Origin: Blastocystis sp. Blastoise
Taxonomy: Eukaryota; Protista; Bigyra: Opalinata
Length of the DNA: 64,000 nt
Reading direction: 5' to 3'
NCBI GenBank assembly: GCA_039096225.1
Contig: JBBPEB010000027.1
Span: 1,034,641-1,098,640 of the forward strand
The notes below the pieces were generated by a model, which saw only the letters and a program-made list of their open reading frames with translations, was not told the DNA's origin and made no database searches. Each line of letters begins with the position of its first letter. Position 1 is the first letter of the stretch. Below are positions 13,001-25,200 of this stretch, one piece after another. Both the position numbers and the translations under genes were made by a program.

Positions 13001-15791
13001 CAATATGAATAATACTATAAAACGACAGTATTTCTTATATAATAATCAGATTGATTATTTCAATATTCCAAGAGAAAGAAAATTATTATCATCTCTTATT
13101 GAACGTTGTGAAAACATTACGAAATCAAAGAATTCAATAAATACAAATAAAAAAGAACAATTATATCCTTTCTATATTATATATAGACAAGAAGATGATG
13201 CTTATGAATCAAAAGATATAATTAAAAAAGTGTTATTATTACCTAATGAAAAAATAAAAGATACAGAATCTATTATACAATCAGTTAATGTAAACAATTA
13301 TTCAGTCATTAATTTTTTATTATATATGTATATGAAATCAAAATTATTACCTTTTCATCCTTATTTTTATTCTGAAAATGATACTTATTCATATACTTAT
13401 TTACTTCCATATACAGTGACGAAATCTTTATTTCATTCATTGAAAACTCAATTACATTATAAGCAATCACCTGTTGATGTAGAACAGGATTATATATATA
13501 GAAGAAGTATATCTACTAATAAAAACAATAAGAATAAAGAAAAGAACTCATTAATGATGAAAGAAAATGTAAAAGATTTAGAACAACAAAAAAGTGACAA
13601 TGATAATAGTTATAGAGTAGATGAATCATTCAATGGAAGTTCTAAATATCAATATAAAGATGATATATCTTTTCAAAAGGATTCTTTAAATGAGGTCGAT
13701 AATGGTTGTAATAATAATAATAAAGATAATAAAGATAATAATAAAGATAATAAAGATATTAAAGATAATAATAATAATGAAAATAGTGTTAAAGATAAAG
13801 ATAATAATTATAATAATAATATAGATAATTATAATAATAAAGATAATAATAATAATACTTATGATACTCTACCGTTTCCTCGTATTTCTTTAATGTCTAA
13901 TTCTCATTCAGATTTATTAGGAGATTCTAATCATTCTCTATCTCTTACTCCTCGTTATATCAGTAATGATAATACTATATCTAATGAAATCAATAATACT
14001 ATGAATGCAATTCCAAAAATTTCTTGTTTATCACAATTATCTATAGGATCCTTAGGGTCTTTTGATTTCTCTATATCACCATTTCCAATAGAGTCTCAAG
14101 TCTCAAATTCGTCATCATCTCTTTCTCCAATAATAATTAATCATGAAAATGATAATGAAAATGATAATGAAAACGATAATGATAATGAAAATAATAATTA
14201 TGATAATAATAATGAAAATAATAATAATGATAATGATAATAAAAATAATAATGATAATAAACAAAATAATAATAATAATGATAATAATGATAATAATAAT
14301 AATGATAAACATTCTAATAATGACACTATATCCTTAGAATTAAATTCTACTGATTTTTTATCAAAAGAATTTGTTGATTCGACAATAGATGAAGCTTATC
14401 AAGATGTTTATGATTTAATTATAAAGGAGAATACTAATGATTATTCACGATGTTATTCACTCCCACCTCATTTTAATAATACTCACTTTTATTATACTAC
14501 AAATAAAAGTCAATTTTTATCAACAAAACCAATTATTCCTATATATGCTTTTTGTCCTTATAGTATACATAGTGATAAACGATATATGAAACGAATATTC
14601 TTTCGTTTCTCTTCTTGCGCTCCTGTATTTATTTCTTCTTCTTCATATGAATATAGAAATATAAATACAAATGATTTTAATAATAATAATAATGAATGTG
14701 AAATTATGAATAATGAAAATGATGGCAATAGTATTAATAATAATAATAATAATATTAATATTAATAATAAAAATAAATATAATAATAATAAATATAATAA
14801 TAAATATAATAAATATAATAATAATGAATTAAATTCTAATGATGATTCTATGATTATGATTTCTTCAACAGATAAAATGAATGTTGATAAAAATAATAAT
14901 CAAGTATCACAATATTCATCAGATGATTGTTTATATAACTATTCTGATTCTTCTCTATATGATTCAATAAAAATAAGATCTTTAAGTCCTGATCCTATTT
15001 ATAGTGAACATCCATTATATAATTCTATAGATCAATTGAATATAGAAGGTGATGATGAATATGATTCTTATGATGAAGATATGTGTTGTCAATATGGATA
15101 TACATTATTAGATAGTCCTCATGTAATTATTGTTCATGATTTTGAACCAAATAATCAAGAAAATAACTCTTTAAAAACAGATTTATCTTCTTCTAAGAAG
15201 GATAGTAATACTTGTAATAAAGAACAATTAGATACTAGTAATCAAGATATAAAGAATAAATCATCAACAGAAATATTACAAGAAGATGAAGAAAATGATG
15301 ATGAAGAAGATGATGATGAAGATGGAAACTGTTTAACTACTACATTTTCTTTTGATTATAATACAAGTTATATTCATAAACATAAACATAAACATTATTC
15401 ATTAGATTCTTCATATATCTCAAATTCTACTACTTCTTGCACATCAATGCCAACTCTTCATTCATATATAAATAGAGGAAAACCTCGACGTTTTCTCAAA
15501 GGAACTAAAATGTCTTTTTTATATAATTCTGATGACGATCATTCTGATGATGAAAGTGATAATAATAATAACGTTAATAATATTAATTATAATAGCAATT
15601 CTAATAATAATAATAAAAGTTCTTATTATAATACTACTACTAATTGGGGAAATGAAGATATTTTCTATAAAGATATAGAAGATCAATATGAATATCATAA
15701 TTATCTAGATGGCTATAGCTTAAAACCAGATAATGATGAATTATATATGCTATATTCTTATAACTATAAAAAATATAAAGATGAATTTTAA
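10038..15791 (+). CDS. Intronless 1917-aa S/N/D-rich low-complexity hypothetical protein
   Basis: Single 5.75-kb ORF with coding-like composition and poly-N, poly-D and Ser-rich tracts. No domain recognised. Confidence 0.8.
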   Translation: MNSRCLTTLKKSYRKQQGNAVLQENELNELNLTDEDYDEYPVLNVSLENQPSYYVDDYFYMSDDSACLDPIQEVTDVDSDSLNDITSQLSSRLEETQNPDQPSFIMCNRTLDDYSVVYNQKVQDTTRVMKELTSHPKKFFNDYQDDCSSLVVLREFWKRSHNRQDDEEMNPFQERRKRYYDRDEIDSDTDSDDDDDFDDLETFTRRESISFSDISTLSFKDKNSKQHHNSNNENNDSESNEDDEDDDEDDDDDLFHIRKRSNSLTLVTNDKRNSICLSTTNKYKDELLKNMDQETFPDRDSIIIPKINDSIQRISIDNSIDKEMNDIEENSKENKTHNIVNNNIQNTINDSKNINPILRFSFDNESNIFAPDLFNDSEPSSLHSSTRSSLISNRMSLRNSIRNSLIRKNSNDNNNNIINSNNCNTINTNNNDNNNNNIINNDIINTPITNNNNPINLNIDPFSSSTLIPSSLINSDQTATIYRSSLSHSRKNSLLNNDISLKSSRLSLSSSHRSSLSLSNRQSLSLSRHQSFSSSQRLSLSNIQQTLLSSSQRLSISNSIRNSSITPMHSHSRSSSFCIETIDGPLLIDPLELDLDTNVHNKNNSKGIKSSFDNNYRKRSFSNNDSPYPYTTSYNLYQNNNTYSPKEQNNSSTNHLHCRTNSFKLDSSSLPFPLLSPSSPAKEHSFSSSNQINSSVDSNKKLNTTLLSDINNNKNTVNINSNISSYNNEDSYHTEDTTLYLDSDTLINESFQDNSSQIEDNSLSDTSSVIIHSSNQSDPYYTSLPSSTLDDNQYYPLYMNEKGSQMNNDQNQFTITQSNNFMKNESYLDSNDCLNNENEINTDSISQVDLYTSSNSRKNSLNSLNSSIPDSPSHNSSIHDLPIYNSSIHDSPIPDSPTHSSSIHDSPIPDSPTHNSSIHDSPIPDSPTHNSSIHDSPIQTPSPPPSIESLSKHTFPQFLESPILPRKQSISRSSLIKKNSYSKQQNEYNMNNTIKRQYFLYNNQIDYFNIPRERKLLSSLIERCENITKSKNSINTNKKEQLYPFYIIYRQEDDAYESKDIIKKVLLLPNEKIKDTESIIQSVNVNNYSVINFLLYMYMKSKLLPFHPYFYSENDTYSYTYLLPYTVTKSLFHSLKTQLHYKQSPVDVEQDYIYRRSISTNKNNKNKEKNSLMMKENVKDLEQQKSDNDNSYRVDESFNGSSKYQYKDDISFQKDSLNEVDNGCNNNNKDNKDNNKDNKDIKDNNNNENSVKDKDNNYNNNIDNYNNKDNNNNTYDTLPFPRISLMSNSHSDLLGDSNHSLSLTPRYISNDNTISNEINNTMNAIPKISCLSQLSIGSLGSFDFSISPFPIESQVSNSSSSLSPIIINHENDNENDNENDNDNENNNYDNNNENNNNDNDNKNNNDNKQNNNNNDNNDNNNNDKHSNNDTISLELNSTDFLSKEFVDSTIDEAYQDVYDLIIKENTNDYSRCYSLPPHFNNTHFYYTTNKSQFLSTKPIIPIYAFCPYSIHSDKRYMKRIFFRFSSCAPVFISSSSYEYRNINTNDFNNNNNECEIMNNENDGNSINNNNNNININNKNKYNNNKYNNKYNKYNNNELNSNDDSMIMISSTDKMNVDKNNNQVSQYSSDDCLYNYSDSSLYDSIKIRSLSPDPIYSEHPLYNSIDQLNIEGDDEYDSYDEDMCCQYGYTLLDSPHVIIVHDFEPNNQENNSLKTDLSSSKKDSNTCNKEQLDTSNQDIKNKSSTEILQEDEENDDEEDDDEDGNCLTTTFSFDYNTSYIHKHKHKHYSLDSSYISNSTTSCTSMPTLHSYINRGKPRRFLKGTKMSFLYNSDDDHSDDESDNNNNVNNINYNSNSNNNNKSSYYNTTTNWGNEDIFYKDIEDQYEYHNYLDGYSLKPDNDELYMLYSYNYKKYKDEF
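12630..12850 (+). repeat. Coding tandem repeat, 45-nt unit encoding NSSIHDSPIPDSPTH
   Basis: About 3 near-perfect 45-nt copies plus partial copies, built from 15-nt subunits. Confidence 0.85.
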
Positions 15792-16733
15792 TTATTTATT
15801 TATTTATTTTTTAATTATTTAAAATATTTTTTTTGTTATTTATTTGTCTTTTCTCTTCATTTTCACTCAACTTTTTATATCTTATTTATTTTTTGTATTC
15901 ATTTTTTATATCCTTTTTTATTCACTTTTATCTTTTTATTAGATTTTTTTTTATTTACATTTTTAATTGTTTTTCATAATTATTTAGTTTTAATACGTTA
16001 TTTTATATATTTTTTTAAATATAAAAACTTGCTTTTTTGATTTGTTTTTGTTTTATATGCTGTTTATTTATATATACAGGTTTTTGGATGAATGTATATG
16101 AATTCATTTATATATTGTTTACAATTCGAGCCCCGTTGAAGTTCTCTCTCTTTGTATTGTTAATACTCATCATATTTTTAAAACTCACATCATTCTCTTC
16201 CTTATTCTTTTAGTCATTTACGAATAAAATAATTATAAGCTTGTTTAAATATTAAAATTTACATCAAAATAAAATATGGTTAGCCAGCCTGAATACTTTA
16301 ACAACTCTTTTTCCTAAATAAATGTTATCAACATGAAAAACTGTGATAGTATTCATTTTCTTATTCATTATTCTATAATTAAATACTCTTACGAGATCGT
16401 AGAGTGTATTTTCTACACTAATATTTCTTATGAAACACATAAGTAAATATCATCATGTCAGAATATACAGTTTCAAAACTAACTAGTTTGATCTCATAAC
16501 AATGATAGAGATGTGTATTTACAAAATACTATTTTTTTAGACAATAAAACACTTGGTTTCATTATTTTTAGAATCATATATCCAGTTTAAAAAAGAAAGC
16601 AAACACATTTTCCTGAAAAATCTCTGGAAAATTTCTTAAGAATTTTTGTTTTTCTTTTTTCCGTAAAAAATATCATAATTATTTTGTTATACAAATCTAT
16701 TATTAGTTAAAAGCAAATATTAATTTTATTGTT

Positions 16734-17728
16734 ATGAGTGAAAAAAGTATATATTCTATTCATATCTTTTCTTCATTCCATTGATTTTAACAATTTTAAT
16801 TTGAATAGTTGGTGAATCAGAGTTATCGATGACTCAAAAGCTTTGCAATATTACTGAAGAGGCACATAGCTTATCTGAGAAATTGAAGAGTCTCCTTAGT
16901 AATGCTGAGCAAAATATCAATAATCCACAAAAATCTCTCTCTAAAGAGGACAAAAATAGAATTCAAGAATTAGAGAATGAAGTATTGGCGTATAAAGCGC
17001 GTGAGTTTGAAGTTCAGAAACGTGAAGAAGTTTTGAATTCTCGTGAACAATTATTTGTTGATAAAGAACAACAATTAGCAAAGATGAAGATGGCTAGTAT
17101 TGAAATGATGTTTAATGATCCTTTGATTATATTTGATATGGAAGGTGTTAAATTGGCTTTTTCAACTGCTGATTTGAATCGTCAACCTGGCAATTTATTT
17201 TTAGAAAAATTAGAAGATAAAAATGTAACTCGTTTACCTGATGGTTCTATTCCTATTGAAGGAAATCCATTATATTCTCAGAATATAATATCTTATATAA
17301 AGAAAGGTGATGCTTTATTAGATAGTGTATATAGTAAAGAAGATCTTTTAACTGTATTTTTACAATTGAAATTATCTATTCCTTATTCTTTATATTCTGC
17401 TATTCATATGAATTCTGTACCTACTCATAAACAGCGATCTTCTTCTGTATCTTTAAGAACAGATAATAATTCTGAAGAAATATCAAAAGAAATATCTCCT
17501 AAAATAATATCAAATCCTTCTATGTTTAGTTCATTACCTCAAATAAATACAAATAGTATTAATTCTTTAACATCTACTGGCATAACAACTTCTTCTTCTC
17601 CTGTTTCTAGTCCTACGCGTGCTTTTCGTTCTCAATCTCCTATTACGTCTTGGATATGTGTTTGTGGACATCTAAATACACAACGTCGTTGTACAAATTG
17701 TGGTGCAAGATTTACAGGGAAGAAGTAA
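16734..17728 (+). CDS. Coiled-coil + BTB/POZ (KCTD/T1-like) + C-terminal Zn-ribbon protein
   Basis: Exon 1 16734-16746 (MSEK), GT-AG intron 16747-16808, exon 2 16809-17728. T1-like pattern IIFDMEGVKLAFSTADL...P...DGSIPIEGNP....IISYIKKG. C-terminal WICVCGHLNTQRRCTNCG. Confidence 0.75.
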
Positions 17729-18533
17729 TCGTATTATAATTATTATATATATACTTATATATATATATATATAATATTTATATTCTCCTTTTTTCTTATA
17801 TATAAAATTCTAGTTTTTAGTATTATTTTTATTAATTTTTTTTTAAATAACTTTTTTTCCAGGTATTACTTTCTTTTATTAATTATTTCTAAAGATCATT
17901 TATTCATTTTATATATTTAAATATCATTATGTGAATTCTTTATTTATTTAATAATATATCTGCTAAGTAGAATTATTTGTATTTATTATATATATTAATT
18001 TATTTATCACACTCCTATAGATCAATATTTTTTTTTCCTTTACTTTTTCTATTTCATCCTTTAACTTGTTCTTTTTATAAATTTCATTAGTTTTATTTCG
18101 TCACTTTATAATCTATTTGTTTGTTATTTGTCATATAAAATACTATTTATATGTTTAAAAGAATTCTCGTGACTTTTACTATATGACCTTTTTATCATGC
18201 TGAAGCAAATATAATTCATATTCGTTTTGTCTGATCCACCTTTGAAACTTAATTACTATATTATTATAATGGAAAAGAATCAACAATCATTGAATAGTTG
18301 TTGTTGATGTCATTGATTTTTTGTTATATGATTTCCTAGTTACTTATGTGAATATATAGTATCATTTAAGTAAATAATCAATCATATTACGAAGAAATGA
18401 TTAAAAAAAAGAAAATAATTTGTAATTACGGTTTTTTATTATTGAGTGAGTGTTTGTAGAGGGATTTACATGAATATTATAATAATAGTCTTTAAGTATT
18501 ATTGTGTTTAATTCATGAATAGTGAGAGAAATA

Positions 18534-19691
18534 ATGAATGGATATCTTAGTACTCTTTTTCTACTCTTGATTAACATATTAATTTTTGCTGTTATTGTTA
18601 ATTCATTACCCGTTGATACCCAAAATGAGAATATAAATGACATAGAATCTTCAGATAATAAAGAGAAAATAAGTGTAAGTGTAAGATAATTTATTTTATG
18701 AATAATTATGTATTTAGTTAAGTCAACATCATAATTATTCACATGAAAAGTATGTAATACTTTTTTTTATTTGTTTATTATACGATACATACATATATGT
18801 ATCTTTCTAGATTTATTTCTGTTCCTATGACAAAAGGAAATGTTCTAGCTTTGATAATTATTGGTCTCTTATCTCTTTTAGGTACTTAATTTATCTAAAT
18901 TTTTTTTATATAACTTCTTTAGGTGCGTTAAAATTATATCAAATGTTTTCTTATTCATCATGTAATTGTCCTTTATGTAATGGTATATAAATTATTAAAA
19001 AAAATGTTTTTTTAAATAAATATTATATTCATGCATAGGAAAGTATATATTAGATGAATATATATCTCAAGGTGGTTTTGGAAGTATATATAAAGTATAT
19101 AACAAAAAAACAAATCAATATTATGCTTTGAAAATGATAAAAGTATATATTTTATATTTATTATTTTTATTATATATTTTTTTTATGTATATTTAAATGA
19201 ATAACTATACTATATTATTGTAACTATTATAAATATAGGTAGACGAGATATGTGATGCAAATGAAGCACAATCAGAAGCAAAAAGACTTCGTGAATTAAA
19301 TCATAATTATATTGTTTCTGTATATAATATATATTTAAATATTATTATTTATATATATATGTATATAGTATTATGATGATTTTATTCATGAAGATACTAC
19401 CTATATATCTCCTAATCTATCATCTCTATATGTATGTATTGTTATGGAATTATGTTCAACTGTATATATATATATATATATATTATTTTATTATTTTTTT
19501 ATTTATTACGCTCATTCTTATATTTATTATTCTTAGAATAATTCTATATATATAATTATTATATATATATAGGATATAGAGACTTATTTATTAAATTTAG
19601 AAACGTATGTAGATGAGAATGAATTATATAAATATTCATATCAAATTATTTCTGCATTACAATACTGTCATCAAAAAAATATTATTCACAG

Positions 19692-19725
<34 letters not shown>

Positions 19726-20605
19726 CAATTATTAAGAGTATTAAAACTATATTTCTTTTAATTTTATGAATGATATATATATATATATTATTCTAGATAT
19801 AAAACCTTCAAATATATTTATAAAAGAGAATAAATGTAAATTGGGTGATTTTGGACTCTCTACACAAGTGAAAAATAGCTATACTCTGTATATATATATA
19901 AACTATTACTATATGATTTATTATTATTATATGATTTATTATTATTATATGATTTATTATTATTAATATATATATATAGTATTTCTGATGTTGGTACTTC
20001 TATATATAAAGCTCCTGAGACATTTTTAGGAGGAGAATATGATGGGAAGAAAGCTGATATATCCATATATATAATTATTTAATAATATATATAATTATTT
20101 TATTATATATATAATTATGTAATGATATATATAATTATGTCAATATATGTATTTCATTATTTATTTCATTATACATTTTTCATTAAATAATATTTCATTA
20201 TATATATCACAATATACACACTTAACTTCTTTACGTTTTTTCTCTTGGTTTATCATTATTACAAATAATTGCAGATATTGATATTGAAAATGAAACGGAA
20301 GGAGGAATTCCCGCGGTTAAAGTATGTATAACAATCGAATTTAATACTAAGTCATCTTTCTCTATCCTATATATTAGTTATTTTTATTAATTATATTCTA
20401 AGATTATATATAGTTGTATATATATAACATTATCTATATATAGTTAATAACAACACCAAATTATATAAATACATTAATATCATATATACCTACTCTATAT
20501 ACTGATAATATAACTATTATGTTTCAACATATGCTAGATCCATCACCACAAACTAGATACTCTACAGAAGAACTTCTTCAATTCCCATGGTTATCTTCAT
20601 CTTAA
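18534..20605 (+). CDS. Single-pass membrane Ser/Thr protein kinase (NEK-like catalytic domain), about 12 exons, one AT-AC intron
   Basis: Spliced product: signal peptide, short ectodomain, TM (VLALIIIGLLSLLGAL), CNCPLC, then kinase motifs QGGFG, ALK, HRDIKPSN, DFG, APE, DVFSLG, ...LLQFPWL. Confidence 0.88.
20059..20234 (+). other. U12-type AT-AC intron
   Basis: 5' site ATATCCAT; branch CACTTAAC about 9 nt before the terminal AC. Removal restores kinase subdomain IX, KAD|VFSLG. Confidence 0.9.
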
Positions 20606-20809
20606 TGATTTCATTCCTATTTCTACTATTCTTAAGAATATCTTTTTTTTCTTCAACCTATTTTTTAATAGAATTATTGATTTCATAAAAAAATTTCTTC
20701 TTTCTTTTCAATTTTTATTCGCAATAATATCTAGTTTTTCTTGCTACTTTCTGTCTTTTAACCTCTATTCTCTCAATATTAAATAATAATTTTACTTGTG
20801 TCTTGATTT

Positions 20810-21090
20810 TCCATAATTTAAATGAAACCCTGTATCAATCATACTTTTTATTTCATAAAAACTAGTATCTGCCATAACCTACCCCAGAAAATCTTTGTCC
20901 TTTATAGGTATGATCTCCAAAGAACAAAGAATAATCCTGATTATATTAAGAAAAACGCATGAAAAGTGGATTTCTCCGCAAAAATAGTTTTATTGACTTT
21001 TCATGGTTATAACAAAACACGAAAAATCATGGTCTTATTACAATAACTGTCCGGAAAATTCTAGTACAAGACAGTCTACAAATAAATAAT
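20810..21090 (+). mobile_element. Decayed Merlin/ISXO2(IS1595)-like transposase fragment
   Basis: Frameshifted peptides GMISKEQRIILII, EKWISP, IV..TFHGYN and NHG..ITV follow the ISXO2 core order. 20907-20990 is homologous to 61596-61680. Confidence 0.45.
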
Positions 21091-21932
21091 AAAACGATAC
21101 TAAAGAAATATATAATTATAAATATATATAATAATACATCAGAAAAGATTAATAAAACATAAATACATAATAGTTGGCAACATATAATAACTAGTTTCTT
21201 TCTTCATCTTTTGTTATAAGTGATAATTACAATAAATGATGGATCAAAATATTCAATCAACGAACTGCTATTCACTTAAAGACTCAACATCAAGTAGTAA
21301 ATGCTATATATATAGTTAAAATAATTATATTATAAAAAACGAAAATTCTAATTAGAGATTAATATGAACACATTATTGCTTCTATAATAGCTCAGATACA
21401 GTATAATAATAGATTTCAATATGAGTATAATAATATATAAAGAAAAATATAAAAATATACTTTTAATACCATTCTACCACTAAATAAAAGACGGATATCG
21501 CCAAAACCAAATCACAAATGAAGCAGCTCGACATTCCCATCTATTAAAGCATATAATCATAAGGAACTATTTTCCTGAAACTTCAGTTATGGTCAACTGC
21601 TAGTTTTTTATTTTTTTATGAATGTAGCATAAATAATAGAAGCATTAAAATCAATATATACTACATATTACGGTTTTAATGAAGAAGTGAAAAGAAAATA
21701 AAAAAAGAAACTAGTGTTTTATGAGTAAGTAGTATTTCTGTTCAGTCATCTTTTTCTTTTATACTAGTCAATATGTTTATAGTCTAAATGTATAGTAGTA
21801 ACCAAATAATTGGGCGATTGAATTTATATATAAAACAATAGGTTGCTGTATAATTTCTACATATTATTGGTCAAAAATATTTTTTGATAGTATATTACAG
21901 GTCTATTTAGGGAAACTGGGGAATTTTCAGGA

Positions 21933-21986
21933 GTTTTCTATGAATAGGTGTCTTTTATGAAGTAAAGACCCCTATTCATAGAAAAC
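21933..21986. repeat. Inverted repeat / hairpin (23-bp stem with 1 mismatch, 8-nt loop)
   Basis: GTTTTCTATGAATAGGtGTCTTT pairs with AAAGACcCCTATTCATAGAAAAC. Confidence 0.85.
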
Positions 21987-22224
21987 GGAAGAAAAATACG
22001 TAGTCTACCAAAAAAGGTTTGTAATACAATATTATCGTTTGTGTAAGTTTCTTTATAACATATTCTTTTGTATTTTGATTTCTGTCTTCTCCTATATATA
22101 TATATATAATTTTGCCTTTGAAAATTATTATAATAATAATAAAAAAAAAGAAAATCATTATTTTAATTCCCTTTTATTTTTCTATAGTTATACATAAAAA
22201 GTAAATAATAAAGCCAAAAAGAAA

Positions 22225-25200
22225 ATGTTACAAAATAAGAGATCTTTGATATTTCTGTATTTTATATTACTGTGTGTAACTGCTTGTGTTGATATAAATG
22301 GAGAATGGCCCGAAGTGAATAGTGGTGAGATGTCTATAATAGGTTGTGATATATCATCAAGTGGTATACGAAGACGTTTATGTTTAGAAAGTGGTGACTG
22401 GGGCGAAATTGAAGATTTATGTATAGAAAATTCAAATATTGAGATAATAAGTCCATTTTATTCTCAAGATAATATGAGAGGTGGTTTAAATCCAACAAAT
22501 ACAACTTTTCGATTTACTACTTCTTCTTCTTTTACAATAAGTAGTTGGTTTCGTGTTCGTATAGATAATAGTTCAACAAGAACAACTTTATTTTCTTTTT
22601 CTAATGGTTATACTTATTCAAATGGTAAATTTCGATTATTAGAAATATGGCAAAGTGGTCGTCTTCATTTAGATGCTTGGGGAACAGGTGTTGATGTTGA
22701 TGGTTCTACTATAAATGGTTGTAATAATCTTGGTGATAATATTTGGAGATTTTTAGTACTTCGTTATGATTCTTCTTTAAATACTTTAGAAATAAAAATA
22801 AATGGAAATACTTGTATTTCTACAAGTAATAGTATACAAAATTTATCTACAATAGATGATTCTTATTTTATGTCCTTAGGTTCTATAGAATCCAATTTTG
22901 CAAATCCTTATCATATTCATTCTATTCTTGCTTTCTCTTCTTTTACTTATTATCGTAATAATGCTTTATCTAATGATGTTTTAGAAGTTCTTAAAGGAAA
23001 TCAACCTGAAGATATAGGTATAGGTATTCGTCAAGTTTATTATAATAATGATAAGAATTCTATTCATGTTGATATTATTCCTCAATCTATTCCTAATGAT
23101 GAAACAAATGTAATTATTAGTTGTATAGCTATAGCTATTGATAATACTATAAATATAAATATTCCTTCTATTGATGATATTCTATTATCTTCAAATTCAA
23201 TTGATGAATTTACTATTGGATCTATTTCTACTATTCTTATTCCTATTATAGATAATACAAAAGATTATCATATTTATTGTGCTGGTAAAGGTGATTCTTA
23301 TAAAACTTCTCCTTTATCTTTAGAACAAAATAGTATTATTCTTCATCATAATTATGAATCTATTTCAGAATCTTTAACTAAAATAAAAACAAATCAAGTT
23401 AATATTAATAATTCTTTATTTTGGATTCCTTTTGAAGATTCTCTTGAAGATTATTCTATTTCATTTTATATTAATACAATTCAAACATCTTCTTTCTTCT
23501 TTGGATTTCGTTCTGCTTTATATTTTAATAATGAAGGTACAAAAGATATTATTATTGAAAATGGTAAAATTGGTTTAAAACTATATACTAGTTCTTCTAC
23601 TAGTCAATCTTTTATGTCTATACAATCAATTAATGATGATATATGGCATCATATATTATTTTGTTATTCTTCTTCTACAAATACATATACATTATATATT
23701 GATAATAATTTAGATTCTTCATTTATAAATAATGATTCTTCTTCTTATTTAATTGCTCCTTATTTTGGATTTTATTTTATTAATGGATATACTCAATTTA
23801 TAGGTAGTCATAAAGAAATACGTTTCTATCATTCTATTCTTAATGAATCAGAACGTTTATCATTATATAATAATATTCCAAAAGAAATTAATATTCAAAG
23901 TAGTTATATATCTACTGAAAATTCTGTATCAATTACTTTCTCTATTCAAAAATTATTAACTAATGAATTAATTCCTATTTATATATATATTCAAGAATCA
24001 ATTCTTCCTATACCTTCTTCTTCTATTATTATTAATGAAGGTCAATTTCTTTCTGTATCTAGTCTTGAAGAAAATAATATTATTTTTAATAATCTTACTA
24101 ATGATACTATTTATTTTGTTTATTTCTTTATTAATATGATTGATTATTATGTTATGACTGAAGAAGAAATTATAGAATATAAATTATCTTTAACTACTTT
24201 ATCTACTTCTCAATGCCAACAATTTATTGCTACTCAAAATTGTTCTCCATCTAATCTTATTGATACTACTAATGTTTATACTTGTTCTTCTATGATTCCT
24301 TCTACTATATCTGGTTATTGTATTTGTAAAGATGGTAGAAAGATGAATGCAGTTACTTGTAATCATAATGAATTTAATTGTAATAATATATGTGAATCTG
24401 AAGAATCTTTTACTATTATTAATAAATGGATTATGAGACATCATACTTCTTTTTCTTCTTATATTAGTGTTAATGATATTGTACCTATTCTTCCAAGACA
24501 AGTATATTTCTATGATTCTATTAATCAAGCATATGTAAGTGGATCAGCACCTACTAATGTTGATACTGCTGAAAATTCTATTTTTACATTTCATTCTATG
24601 ATTTATGCAGATATTACAGGTAGTTATAGTTTCCAATATAAAGTAGATGATCAAGTATATTTCTTAATTGATTCTTTAAATATTAATAACGTTGTAATTA
24701 ATCAAAATACATATCTTGGTAGTTGGACATCTGTTAGTCCTAAAACACTTACAAAAGGTTGGCATAATGCTTATATTATAAATTATAATGGTGGTGGTGC
24801 TGGTGGTATTGAAATACAAATGAAAGGACCTAATGATAGTAGTTTCAAAGAAATAACAGGTCAATATCGTATGAGTACTCATGGTATTTTAGCTCAATAT
24901 AAAACAGAAACATCTACTGGTTGTACTGTTAATTATTATGCTAATACTATGAATACATTCTTTACAAGTGAATTAATGATGGATTTATCTAATGAAAATG
25001 GTAATACATTTGGTACTTCTGGAAATAGTTTAACTGATAATTTCTTTGCTTCTTATACTTTTATTTTATATCCTACAAATACAAATACTTATACTATTAG
25101 TATAGAAGCTATTGATGGTATTAAAATAAATGTTGATGGTGTAACTAAACTTACAAATAATGTTTGTGGTGAATATACTGGATCTTTTGATTTAAATCTT

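Noticed and set aside
16381-16411. Short imperfect palindrome in an intergenic region
   Set aside because: Too short and bulged to exceed chance in AT-rich DNA.
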